Both the position numbers and the translations under genes were made by a program. Shown one piece after another: positions 50,074 to 61,333 of a stretch of 64,000 bases of DNA (position 1 is its first letter; each line of letters opens with the position of its first letter). Below the pieces are notes generated by a model, which was not told where the DNA came from, made no database searches, and was given only the letters and a program-made list of their open reading frames with translations. Origin of the DNA: Macrostomum lignano (taxonomy: Eukaryota); contig NIVC01001217.1 of the NCBI GenBank assembly GCA_002269645.1, forward strand, positions 62,001 through 126,000. The letters run 5' to 3'.

Positions 50074-50300
50074 CTGCCTGAGGGTCCTGAGGTCCCTGAC
50101 TGCCTGAGGGTTCTGAGGTCCCTGACTGCCTGAGGGTCCTGAGGTCCCTGACTGCCTGAGGGTCCTGAGGTCCCTGACTGCCTGAGGGTCCTGAGGTCCC
50201 TGACTGCCTGAGGGATCTGAGGTCCCTGACTGCCTGAGGGTCCTGAGGTCCCTGACTGCCTGAGGGTTCTGAGGCCCCTGACTGCCTGAGGGTTCTGAGA
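50068..50300. repeat. 26-bp minisatellite starting at the dystrophin-like stop codon (CCCTGACTGCCTGAGGGTCCTGAGGT)
   Basis: The TGA stop at 50071-50073 is part of the first unit. Confidence 0.92.
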
Positions 50301-50744
50301 AAGATGTTGCTGCCAAGGTGCCCACAACTCTGCTGTAAATTGATATATTGATATATATATTGCTACATGGAAATTGAACTAGCAATACGTCGATCTTTCG
50401 CAAACAGTTTTTTCATAGTCACTTTTAGTTTACCAACCTAACAATGCGACATGCTCGTAGCTGAGCATAGTGAATTCGACATTTACGGTAAATGTAAGGT
50501 TCCATTCCAGATGCTATTTTTAGAACTCCATGACTTCGATTTAGAGCGAGCGATCGTAGAGACTTACGAATCCTTTGCGAAACAGGTCTTTTGCGCAAAG
50601 TTGCGAGCCAAGGGAGAGATTTCCTGATAATTAGTTTTTTCTGCGCGTTGTTAATTGTTAATTCTTGTTAATTTACGAGCTCTGCTATAGTTACTTCATT
50701 GTTGCGCAGCAAAAGTTGTAAAGGGAATTATCGATTTTTGTAGT

Positions 50745-51420
50745 TTTACCAGGATGCATGGGGAATCCCTGTTCACCTGGGAATTCTACCAGGATGCATG
50801 GGGAATTCCACCAGGATGCATGGGGAATCCCTGTTCACCTAGGAATTCTACCAGGATGCATGGGGAATCCCTGTTCACCTAGGAATTCTATCAGGATGCA
50901 TGGGGAATCCCTGTTCACCTAGGAATTCTACCAGGATACATGGGGAATCCCTGTTCACCGGGGAATTCTACCAGGATGCATGGGGAATCCCTGTTTACCG
51001 GGGAATTCTACCAGGATGCATGGGGAATTCTACCAGGATGCATGGGGAATCCCTGTTCACCTAGGAATTCTATCAGGATGCATGGGGAATCCCTGTTCAC
51101 CTAGGAATTCTATCAGGATGCATGGGGAATCCCTGTTCACCTAGGAATTCTACCAGGATGCATGGGGAATCCCTGTTCACCGGGGAATTCTACCAGGATG
51201 CATGGGGAATCCCTGTTCACCTAGGAATTCTACCAGGATGCATGGGGAATCCCTGTTCACCTGGGAATTCTACCAGGATGCATGGGGAATCCCTGTTCAC
51301 CTGGGAATTCTACCAGGATGCATGGGGAATCCCTGTTCCCCTGGGAATCTACCAGGATGCATGGGGAATCCCTGTTGATCTGGGAATTTCACCAGGATGC
51401 ATGGGGAATCCCTGTCCACC
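50745..51420. repeat. 40-bp minisatellite CCAGGATGCATGGGGAATCCCTGTTCACCTAGGAATTCTA
   Basis: Tandem units with two internal deletions. Confidence 0.94.
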
Positions 51421-52369
51421 GTACCAAAGAATACCGGAGACTGTGACCCACTTTTGTGATGGTATTAATTCATAATTTTAACAAACCTAATCTAAATGAC
51501 TCTGAATAGCACCTAGAAATTTTTAGATGCCTATTTACTACAGAGATATTTATAGGTCCGAAAGAGGACTGGATTAAAAATACAAAAACTGGATTTCTGA
51601 CATCCATCAAGACTTGCTATATTTTGCTTTTAAAAGCTGCAGCCTTCACGTTTCTCTTCATCATTAATTTGCTTTTGTTTCTAAGCCTTGGAAGCTTATA
51701 GGGAAGCCTTCGTAGCAACAGAAGAGGTTGCATTTGACAGCGTTGACAGCCAAGAAGCAACCCCCTCCCCAGCTGCCTGTCTTCATCAGGGCATGAGGAG
51801 GTGGGCAGATTTAATCCCCATCACATTTAGGCACTGAAGATGAAAGCAGACAAGGAAAATAGCTGAGGCATTCCATTTTTGTACTCGAGCAGGACTCAAT
51901 CCGTAAAAAAATTAAGTCTTAGCACAAATGGGCTGACAGACTCTCTCTGTATAAGCGGTGTATTTGTGGTCTTGCTTATTTATTAAGTCACAATAATAAG
52001 CTTTGCATGTTAATTAACCAATTTATATATAGGTCTTTCATGGAATCTGGATATTTTTCAAGCTGATATTAAAACTCGCACTAGGCCACTACTGACCTAC
52101 TACTGTTATAAGTAGCAATGTGAGCTAGTGCTGCAACTTCTTTGTCAATACGCATTGAAGGAAACACGATGGAATAAGTAAAAATGCAGATGCACAAAGA
52201 CGAGACAATGAAACAGACGGTTCACCGACAATTAACCTGGCATTGACTGACACTGGGACTGGCGTGACAGACTGAGTAAATCTTCTTTCTTGCTCGGAAC
52301 CAACAGAACTTGTTTTAAAAAAGTGCGCGACATCTTTAAGTGTATTATCTAGTTGCCGCTTGACCTTCT

Positions 52370-53490
52370 AATGGCACTTCCATGCTAGGAAATGGCACTT
52401 CCATACTAGGAAATGGCACTTCCATACTAGGAAATGGCACTTCCATAATAGGAAATGGCACTTCCAGAATAGAAAATGGCACTTCCATGCTAGGAAATGG
52501 CACTTCCAGAATAGGAAATGGCACTTCCATAATAGGAAATGGCACTTCCAAAATAGGAAATGGCACTTCCATAATAGGAAATGGCACTTCCATATTAGGA
52601 AATGGCACTTCCATATTAGGAAATGGCACTTCCATACTAGGAAATGGCACTTTAATACTAGGAAATGGCACTTCCATAATAGGAAATGGCACTTCCATAA
52701 TAGGAAATGGCACTTCCAAAATAGGAAATGGCACTTCCATAATAGGAAATGGCACTTCCATATTAGGAAATGGCACTTCCATATTAGGAAATGGCACTTC
52801 CATACTAGGAAATGGCACTTTAATACTAGGAAATGGCACTTCCATAATAGAAAATGCCACTTCCATAATAGGAAATGGCACTTCCATACTAGGAAATGGC
52901 ACTTCAATACTAGGAAATGGCACTTCCATAATAGGAAATGGCACTTCCAAAATAGGAAATGGCACTTCCATAATAGGAAATGGCACTTCCATATTAGGAA
53001 ATGGCACTTCCATATTAGGAAATGGCACTTCCATACTAGGAAATGGCACTTTAATACTAGGAAATGGCACTTCCATAATAGGAAATGGCACTTCCATAAT
53101 AGGAAATGGCACTTCCAAAATAGGAAATGGCACTTCCATAATAGGAAATGGCACTTCCATATTAGGAAATGGCACTTCCATATTAGGAAATGGCACTTCC
53201 ATACTAGGAAATGGCACTTTAATACTAGGAAATGGCACTTCCATAATAGAAAATGCCACTTCCATAATAGGAAATGGCACTTCCATACTAGGAAATGGCA
53301 CTTCAATACTAGGAAATGGCACTTCCATAATAGAAAATGGCACTTCCATAATAGGAAATGGCACTTCCATACTAGGAAATGGCACTTCAATACTAGGAAA
53401 TGGCACTTCCAACCATAATAGGAAATGGCACTTCCAACCATAATAGGAAATGGCACTTCCATAATAGGAAATGGAACAACCATAATAGGA
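52370..53490. repeat. 21-bp minisatellite AGGAAATGGCACTTCCATA(C/A/T)T with a 399-bp higher-order duplication
   Basis: Variant AAAATGCCAC at 52851 and 53250 (399 = 19 x 21). Confidence 0.96.
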
Positions 53491-53718
53491 AATGACACTC
53501 CATAATAGCAAATGAGAATTCCACATGGAAATGAGAATTCCACATAGCATCTAAGATAGCATCTTTACATAGAAATCGACAGTCGCACTGCCACACCCGC
53601 AAGGAGACCCTATATATCTAGACTGGGAAATGCTCGGCAGAGAAGCACCGCCACTACTCTACACTACATATGTTGAAAAGAAACATGCACGCAAAGTTAA
53701 TTTTATGAAACTCCCGAT

Positions 53719-56700
53719 TCAAATCCATTGCTCGCTAGGCAGGCAGTGAATCTCCATTACTCGCCACGCCGCCCGAGGGTTGAGCTCGGCCTGGTCGCGG
53801 CACAAGGCCCACACGTGGGTGACGCGAAGGATTTTGTCAGGATCGCCTTCCACAACTTTGCCAGCAGAGTCGCGTACGCACTCGATGTGCTGCGCGGTGA
53901 AGCTGATCACCAGCACCGGGCCCTGCGGATTTGGCGTAGGGAGAGGGTAGGGAGATTGGAGTGTAGGGAGGTTGGAGTGTAGGGAGGTTGGAGTGTAGGG
54001 AGATTGGAGTGTAGGGAGATTGGAGTGTAGAGAGATTGGAGTGTAGGGTGGTTGGAGTGTAGGGAGATTGGAGTGTAGGGAGATTGGAGTGTAGGGAGGT
54101 TGGAGTGTAGGGAGGTTGGAGTGTAGGGAGGTTGGAGTGTAGGGAGGTTGGAGTGTAGGGAGGTTGGAGTGTAGGGAGGTTGGAGTGTAGGGAGATTGGA
54201 GTGTAGGGAGGTTGGAGTGTAGGGAGGTTGGAGTGTAGGGAGATTGGAGTGTAGGGAGATTGGAGTGTAGGGACGTTGGAGTGTAGGGAGGTTGGAGTGT
54301 AGGGAGATTGGAGTGTAGGGAGGTTGGAGTGTAGGGAGGTTGGAGTGTAGGGAGGTTGGAGTGTAGGGAGGTTGGAGTGTAGGGAGATTGGAGTGTAGGG
54401 AGATTGGAGTGTAGGGACGTTGGAGTGTAGGGAGGTTGGAGTGTAGGGAGATTGGAGTGTAGGGAGGTTGGAGTGTAGGGAGATTGGAGTGTAGGGAGAT
54501 TGGAGTGTAGGGAGGGAGATTGGAGTGTAGGGAGGGAGATTGGAGTGTAGGGAGGGAGATTGGAGTGTAGGGAGGGAGATTGGAGTGTAGGGAGATTAGT
54601 GTAGAGAGATTGGAGTGTAGGGAGATTAGTGTAGAGAGATTGGAGTGTAGGGAGATTAGTGTAGAGAGATTGGAGTGTAGGGAGATTAGTGTAGAGAGAT
54701 TGGAGTGTAGGGAGATTAGTGTAGGGAGATTGGAGTGTAGGGAGATTGGAGTGTAGGGAGATTAGTGTAGAGAGATTGGAGTGTAGGAAGATTGGTGTAG
54801 AGAGATTGGAGTGTAGGGAGGTTGGAGTGTAGGGAGATTGGAGTGTAGGGAGATTGGAGTGTAGGGAGATTGGAGTGTAGGGACGTTGGAGTGTAGGGAG
54901 GTTGGAGTGTAGGGAGGTTGGAGTGTAGGGAGGTTGGAGTGTAGGGAGGTTGGAGTGTAGGGAGATTGGAGTGTAGGGAGATTGGAGTGTAGGGAGGTTG
55001 GAGTGTAGGGAGGTTGGAGTGTAGGGAGATTGGAGTGTAGGGAGATTGGAGTGTAGGGACGTTGGAGTGTAGGGAGGTTGGAGTGTAGGGAGATTGGAGT
55101 GTAGGGAGGTTGGAGTGTAGGGAGGTTGGAGTGTAGAGAGATTAGTGTAGAGAGATTGGAGTGTAGAGAGATTAGTGTAGAGAGATTGGAGTGTAGGGAG
55201 ATTAGTGTAGAGAGATTGGAGTGTAGGGAGATTAGTGTAGAGAGATTGGAGTGTAGGGAGATTGGAGTGTAGGGAGATTGGAGTGTAGGGAGGTTGGAGT
55301 GTAGGGAGATTAGTTTAGAGAGATTGGAGTGTAGAGAGATTGGAGTGAAGGGAGATTGGAGTGTAGGGAGATTGGAGTGTAGGGAGATTAGTGTAGAGAG
55401 ATTGGAGTGTAGGGAGATTGGAGTGTAGGGAGATTGGAGTGTAGGGAGATTGGAGTGTAGGGAGATTGGAGTGTAGGGAGATTAGTGTAGGGAGATTAGT
55501 GTAGGGAGATTGGAGTGTAGGGAGGTTGGAGTGTAGGGAGATTTTGAGTGTAGGGGAGATTGGAGTGTAGGGAGATTGGAGTGTAGGGAGATTGGAGTGT
55601 AGGGAGATTAGTGTAGGGAGATTAGTGTAGGGAGATTGGAGTGTAGGGAGGTTGGAGTGTAGGGAGATTGGAGTTTAGGGAGATTGGAGTGTAGGGACGT
55701 TGGAGTGTAGGGAGGTTGGAGTGTAGGGAGGTTGGAGTGTAGGGAGGTTGGAGTGTAGGGAGGTTGGAGTGTAGGGAGATTGGAGTGTAGGGAGATTGGA
55801 GTGTAGGGAGGTTGGAGTGTAGGGAGGTTGGAGTGTAGGGAGATTGGAGTGTAGGGAGATTGGAGTGTAGGGACGTTGGAGTGTAGGGAGGTTGGAGTGT
55901 AGGGAGATTGGAGTGTAGGGAGGTTGGAGTGTAGGGAGGTTGGAGTGTAGAGAGATTAGTGTAGAGAGATTGGAGTGTAGAGAGATTAGTGTAGAGAGAT
56001 TGGAGTGTAGGGAGATTGGTGTAGAGAGATTGGAGTGTAGGGAGGTTGGAGTGTAGGGAGATTGGAGTGTAGGGAGATTGGAGTGTAGGGAGATTGGAGT
56101 GTAGGGACGTTGGAGTGTAGGGAGGTTGGAGTGTAGGGAGGTTGGAGTGTAGGGAGGTTGGAGTGTAGGGAGGTTGGAGTGTAGGGAGATTGGAGTGTAG
56201 GGAGATTGGAGTGTAGGGAGGTTGGAGTGTAGGGAGGTTGGAGTGTAGGGAGATTGGAGTGTAGGGAGATTGGAGTGTAGGGACGTTGGAGTGTAGGGAG
56301 GTTGGAGTGTAGGGAGATTGGAGTGTAGGGAGGTTGGAGTGTAGGGAGGTTGGAGTGTAGAGAGATTAGTGTAGAGAGATTGGAGTGTAGAGAGATTAGT
56401 GTAGAGAGATTGGAGTGTAGGGAGATTAGTGTAGAGAGATTGGAGTGTAGGGAGATTAGTGTAGAGAGATTGGAGTGTAGGGAGATTGGAGTGTAGGGAG
56501 ATTGGAGTGTAGGGAGGTTGGAGTGTAGGGAGATTAGTTTAGAGAGATTGGAGTGTAGAGAGATTGGAGTGTAGGGAGATTGGAGTGTAGGGAGATTAGT
56601 GTAGAGAGATTGGAGTGTAGGGAGATTGGAGTGTAGGGAGATTGGAGTGTAGGGAGATTGGAGTGTAGGGAGATTGGAGTGTAGGGAGATTGGAGTGTAG

Positions 56701-59700
56701 GGAGATTAGTGTAGGGAGATTAGTGTAGAGAGATTGGAGTGTAGGGAGATTGGAGTGTAGGGAGATTGGAGTGTAGGGAGATTGGAGTGTAGGGAGGTTG
56801 GAGTGTAGGGAGATTTTGAGTGTAGGGGAGATTGGAGTGTAGGGAGATTGGAGTGTAGGGAGATTGGAGTGTAGGGAGATTAGTGTAGGGAGATTAGTGT
56901 AGGGAGATTGGAGTTTAGGGAGGAAGATCGGAGTGTAGGAGATCGATAATGCAGTGAGGTCATCATTCAGTGAGTTTGTATTTATGTCAATACACCACAC
57001 AGCGCCCAAAGCTGTGATATACACTGTTAATACGCTAACCAACCTGATCGACAACCTTGGCCTGCAGCACCTCAGGATAGGACAGGTCAAGCAGACGAGA
57101 CTCTGACCGGCAACCATGCTGTTTAAGAGTTTTCGACTGCTGTTCCAGCCGTTTAAATTGGCCCTCGTAGCACCAGCTCTCTAAGACGCGATTGTCGCCG
57201 CGAAAGATGGCCTCTAGAACGTTTGGCACCACGAATTGACGGCAATGGGTGGCGAAACCGCTCAGGGTAAAGCTGGGCTCCAGTCGAGCGATTTCGTTTA
57301 CCACCTGACAGGGTTCAGTGAGAGATGGTAAAAGTTTCCAGGCTTAACGTGCGGTTTAAGATCTGCTGGCATGTAAACTGAACTCTAAGGGTTGGGTGAG
57401 ATCTAGTGGGATGGGGTGAGATCTAGTGGGATGGGGTGAGATCTAGTGGGATGGGGTGAGATCTAGTGGGATGGGGTGAGATCTAGTGGGATGGGGTGAG
57501 ATCTAGTGGGATGGGTGAGATATAGTGGGATGGGGTGAGATCTAGTGGGATGGGGTGAGATCTAGTGGGATGGGTGAGATCTAGTGGGATGGGGTGAGAT
57601 CTAGTGGGATGGGGTGAGATCTAGTGGGATGGGTGAGATCTAGTGGGATGGGGTGAGATCTAGTGGGATGGGTGAGATCTAGTGGGATGGGGTGAGATCT
57701 AGTGGGATGGGTGAGATCTAGTGGGATGGGTGAGATCTAGTGGGATGGGTGAGATCTAGTGGGATGGGTGAGATATAGTGGGATGGGGTGAGATCTGGTG
57801 GGATGGGGTGAGATCTAGTGGGATGGGGTGAGATCTAGTGGGATGGGGTGAGATCTAGTGGGATGGGGTGAGATATAGTGGGATGGGGTGAGATCTAGTG
57901 GGATGGGGTGAGATCTAGTGGCATGGGGTGAGATCTAGTTGGATGGAGTGAGATCTAGTGGGATGGGGTGAGATCTAGTTGGCTGGAGTGAGATCTAGTG
58001 GGATGGGGTGAGATCTAGTGGGATGGGGTGAGATCTAGTGGGATGGGGTGAGATCTAGTGGGATGGGGTGAGATCTAGTGGATGGGGTGAGATCTAATGA
58101 ACTGGAGTGAGATCTAATGAACTGGAGTGGGATCTAATGAACTGGAGTGGGATCTAATGACCTGGAGTGAGATCTAATGAACTGGAGTGAGATCTAATGA
58201 ACTGGAGTGAGATCTAATGAACTAGAGTGGGATCTAATGACCTGGAGTGAGATCTAATGAACTGGATGAGATCTAATGAACTAGAGTGGGATCTAATGAC
58301 CTGGAGTGAGATCTAATGAACTGGAGTGAGATCTAATGAACTGGAGTGAGATCTAATGAACTGGAGTGAAACCACAGTTAGGTGGAAAAACACAATACTG
58401 GACCGCTACCCACAAAAACAAAATCACGGGCATACCTTGTGAAAGTCGGAGTCAGTGAACAAAGAGCCAAACAAAGAGGAGAATCGCTCGCTAACGAATC
58501 TGCCGCCCTAGCAATGGGATTCTCGGATTCCTGATACTGAGACCGCATGTCGAATAGCTTCTGCATGTACGGATTGCTGTCCTTGAAGTTGGTCCAGGCC
58601 TGCGCCCACTTGCTGTCCCGGTGGAGCACCACGCCCTGCTCGTGCGGGTTCGCCTCCGGCGGCGGCGCGGCGCCTGACGACGAAGAGTCCGTGGCAATGC
58701 CCGACACCTCTTGGCGCGTCATCAGCACCGTGGGGCTGCGGTACACCTGCACTCACAATAAGAGATTGATGAAGCAGCTTGGGGACTTGTTATACTAAAC
58801 TACTCATAGTAGCGAGTAATCAAAACTAGAATTTAATGCCATTATTTGATGCATGCACCAATGATTTAGGTGGCTGGCCCAGCAACTGAGGATCTGGGAG
58901 GCTGGCAAAGCAACTGAGGATCTGGGAGGGAGGCTGGCCCAGCAACTGAGGATCTGAGAGGTTGGCCCAGCAACTGAGGATCTGGGAAGCTGGCCCAGCA
59001 ACTGAGGATCTGGGAATCTGGGTGGCTGGTCTAGCAACCGAGGATCTGGGAGGCTGGCCCAGCAACTGAGGATTTGGGAGGTTGGCCCAGAAACTGAGGA
59101 TCTGGAAGGCTGGCCTAGCAACTGAGGATCTGGGAGGCTGGCCCAGCAACTGAGGATCTGGGTGACTGGCCCAGCAACTGAGAATCTGGGAGGCTGGCCC
59201 AGCAACTGAGGATCTGGGAATCTGGGTTGCTGGTCTAGCAGCTGAGGATTTGGAGGGCTGGCCCAGCAACTGAGGATCTGGGAGGCTGGCCCAGCAACTG
59301 AGGATCTGGGTGACTGGCCCAGCAACTGAGAGTCTAGGAGGCTGGCCCAGCAACTGAGGATCTAAAGTCCAGCAGGGTGGCGGCCCAATGCAAGATCCCT
59401 AACCTTCTCACTCTCCCCCAGCTCACCCCCCCGCCCAACTGATCCCTAACTGACCTTTAGCGACAAGTCGCCCTCGATCTCGCGCGACACGGCGGCGGCG
59501 CCGGTGCGGGCCCGGCGTACCAGATCAGAGTCGGCCAGCATCTCAGCGGATTTAGAAAGCTGCCCGGCCGCGTCTTTGACGCCTTTGGCCGCCTTCTGCA
59601 GGTACTCCTGCTGCGCCACCGTGTTCAGACTGTCGCGCACCTTGTCGGCCGTGTTTTTCAATCTGGCATCCTGCTCGAGGTTCTGGTAGTACCTGACAAT

Positions 59701-60478
59701 GGGAAAGGTGGATTGGTGGATTGGCAAGCTTGAATTAGGCAGCTTAATTAACGTAACTGACTCATTGAGCAAGCAAATTAAGGAAATTAGAGAGCGACTG
59801 TTGAGGGCGTCCACCTGAGGTTTAAGGGGATGTCTACCTGAGGATTGTGACGGCGTCCACCTGAGGTTTAGGGGATGTCTAACTGAGGATTGGGAGGGCG
59901 TCCACCTGAGGTTTAGGGGGATGTCTACCTGAGGATTGGGAGGGCGTCCACCTGAGGTTTAGGGGGATGTCTACCTGAGGATTGGGAGGGCGTCCACCTG
60001 AGGTTTAGGGGGATGTCTACCTGAGGATTGGGAGGGCGTCCACCTGAGGTTTAGGGGGATGTCTACCTGAGGATTGGGACGGCGTCCAACTGAGGTTTAG
60101 GGGGATGTCTACCTGAGGATTGGGACGGCGTCCAACTGAGGTTTAGGGGGATGTCTACCTGAGGATTGTGACGGCGTCCACCTGAGGTTTAGCAAGGCGT
60201 CTAGTTCAAGTTTGGGAGGGTTGTCTACCAGAGTTCGAGGCAGATTAAACTCACTTGCGCACTTTCTGCAGCTCTTCTGACTGTTCAAGCTTGCTAGTCT
60301 CGTCGCGAAACCTCTTCAAGCTGTCTTTCATTGCTTTGTCTTTTTGCATCTCGTCGCGCACTCGGTCGATTAGGCCAGCTACAAAGCCTTTGCCACCTGC
60401 GCTGAGCTGCCGACTTGGTGCGGCGAGGCGCCAAGGCAAATGGCTGGCGGCGGTGAGCCTCAACAGCTGGGAAGTCAT
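53719..60478 (-). CDS. TIMM44: Mitochondrial import inner membrane translocase subunit Tim44, 5 exons: 60478-60255, 59692-59455, 58746-58436, 57304-57044, 53922-53719; apparent 1-nt frameshift in exon 3
   Basis: N-terminal presequence-like MTSQLLRLTAASHLPWRLAAPSRQLS; DRVRDEMQKDKAMKDSLKRFR; VVLHRDSKWAQAWTNFKDSNPY; VVPNVLEAIFRGD...WCYE; GPVLVISFTAQ; VVEGDPDKILRVTHVWALCRDQAELNPRAAWRV. All introns are GT-AG and phases match except that exon 3 is 311 nt between two phase-0 sites. Confidence 0.93.
53940..56930. repeat. 3-kb 16-bp minisatellite GGGAG(A/G)TTGGAGTGTA filling TIMM44 intron 4
   Basis: About 185 units, with 14-bp deletion variants and block duplications. Confidence 0.98.
57400..58370. 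repeat. 19-20 bp minisatellite GTGAGATCTAGTGGGATGGG grading into GAGATCTAATGAACTGGAGT (TIMM44 intron 3)
   Basis: Two related unit types in series. Confidence 0.95.
58860..59365. repeat. About 28-bp minisatellite GGCTGGCCCAGCAACTGAGGATCTGGGA (TIMM44 intron 2)
   Basis: Tandem units. Confidence 0.93.
59800..60195. repeat. 46-bp minisatellite GTCCACCTGAGGTTTAGGGGGATGTCTACCTGAGGATTGGGAGGGC (TIMM44 intron 1)
   Basis: About 8 units, each with an internal CCTGAGG dimer structure. Confidence 0.94.
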
Positions 60479-61041
60479 TCTAGCATTAAAAAATTTGCAC
60501 TACATTTGCACTACTGAATATAACAGAGCAGTAGTATATAGTTTCAAAAAAATTTAAAATTACTGAATATATTTTGCTTTATATTAAGAATGAATAAAAT
60601 AAATTAATAAGTATCATTTAAATAAAAATTAATATTTTTATGGCTTATGAGCTAAAAATATCTTTATATAGCTATGAATTCCAAAAATAGCCTTTAGGCC
60701 TCAAGACTTATCCTATCCCAAGAACTAGTGCACCACTATTATTATGGTTATGGCTATGGAAATATACAGGAATCATAACTGAAAAAAGATTTGGTTTTTC
60801 CTATAGATTGCCTATTTAATTTAGATTTTTTATTTTGCATAATAGTCTTTTGTTAGGCAATATAATGGTTTATTGATGGTTATTAGAATTTATACAACCA
60901 AAAGTATAGCCAAGGGGATAGATAGAGACAGGCTAAATATTTGGAATATTTAGAATTGAATCATTTGGTTTGAATCAGAAGAAAAAAGTTGACAATCTAA
61001 ATACCAAATAGTTGCTTTGGTATAAGATAAAGATCTACAAG

Positions 61042-61333
61042 CATACATGCGCAACAGTCGGCCGATCCGGCCGACCGATTTGGCAGCCAATCAAGGAAGT
61101 CGCAAAAATGCCCACCCGAAAAAATACCAAAGTAGTATTACTAAGTAGCTGACGAGGCATTTTGACCTAATAAGACAGTCATAGTTACTCCTGCCGTTTA
61201 CCCAAAGTTGCGTTAATTTTGCGTATGGTTTTTTTAATTACATGTAAGTCGCATTTTTGGCCAAAAACTACATCGCATTTTTGTTAAAACTAAGTCGCAT
61301 GGCCGACTGAATTTTGGAGGTTGCGCATGTATG
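61042..61333. mobile_element. 292-bp MITE with perfect 14-bp TIR and 8-bp TSD (hAT- or P-superfamily)
   Basis: CATACATGCGCAAC ... GTTGCGCATGTATG; TSD TCTACAAG at 61034-61041 and 61334-61341; subterminal AGTCGGCC / GGCCGACT inverted motifs. Confidence 0.85.

Noticed and set aside
52345-53550. 350-400 aa ORFs on both strands (ILGNGTS, MEVPFPI, WKCHFLL)
   Set aside because: Translation of a 21-bp satellite; no unique coding flanks.
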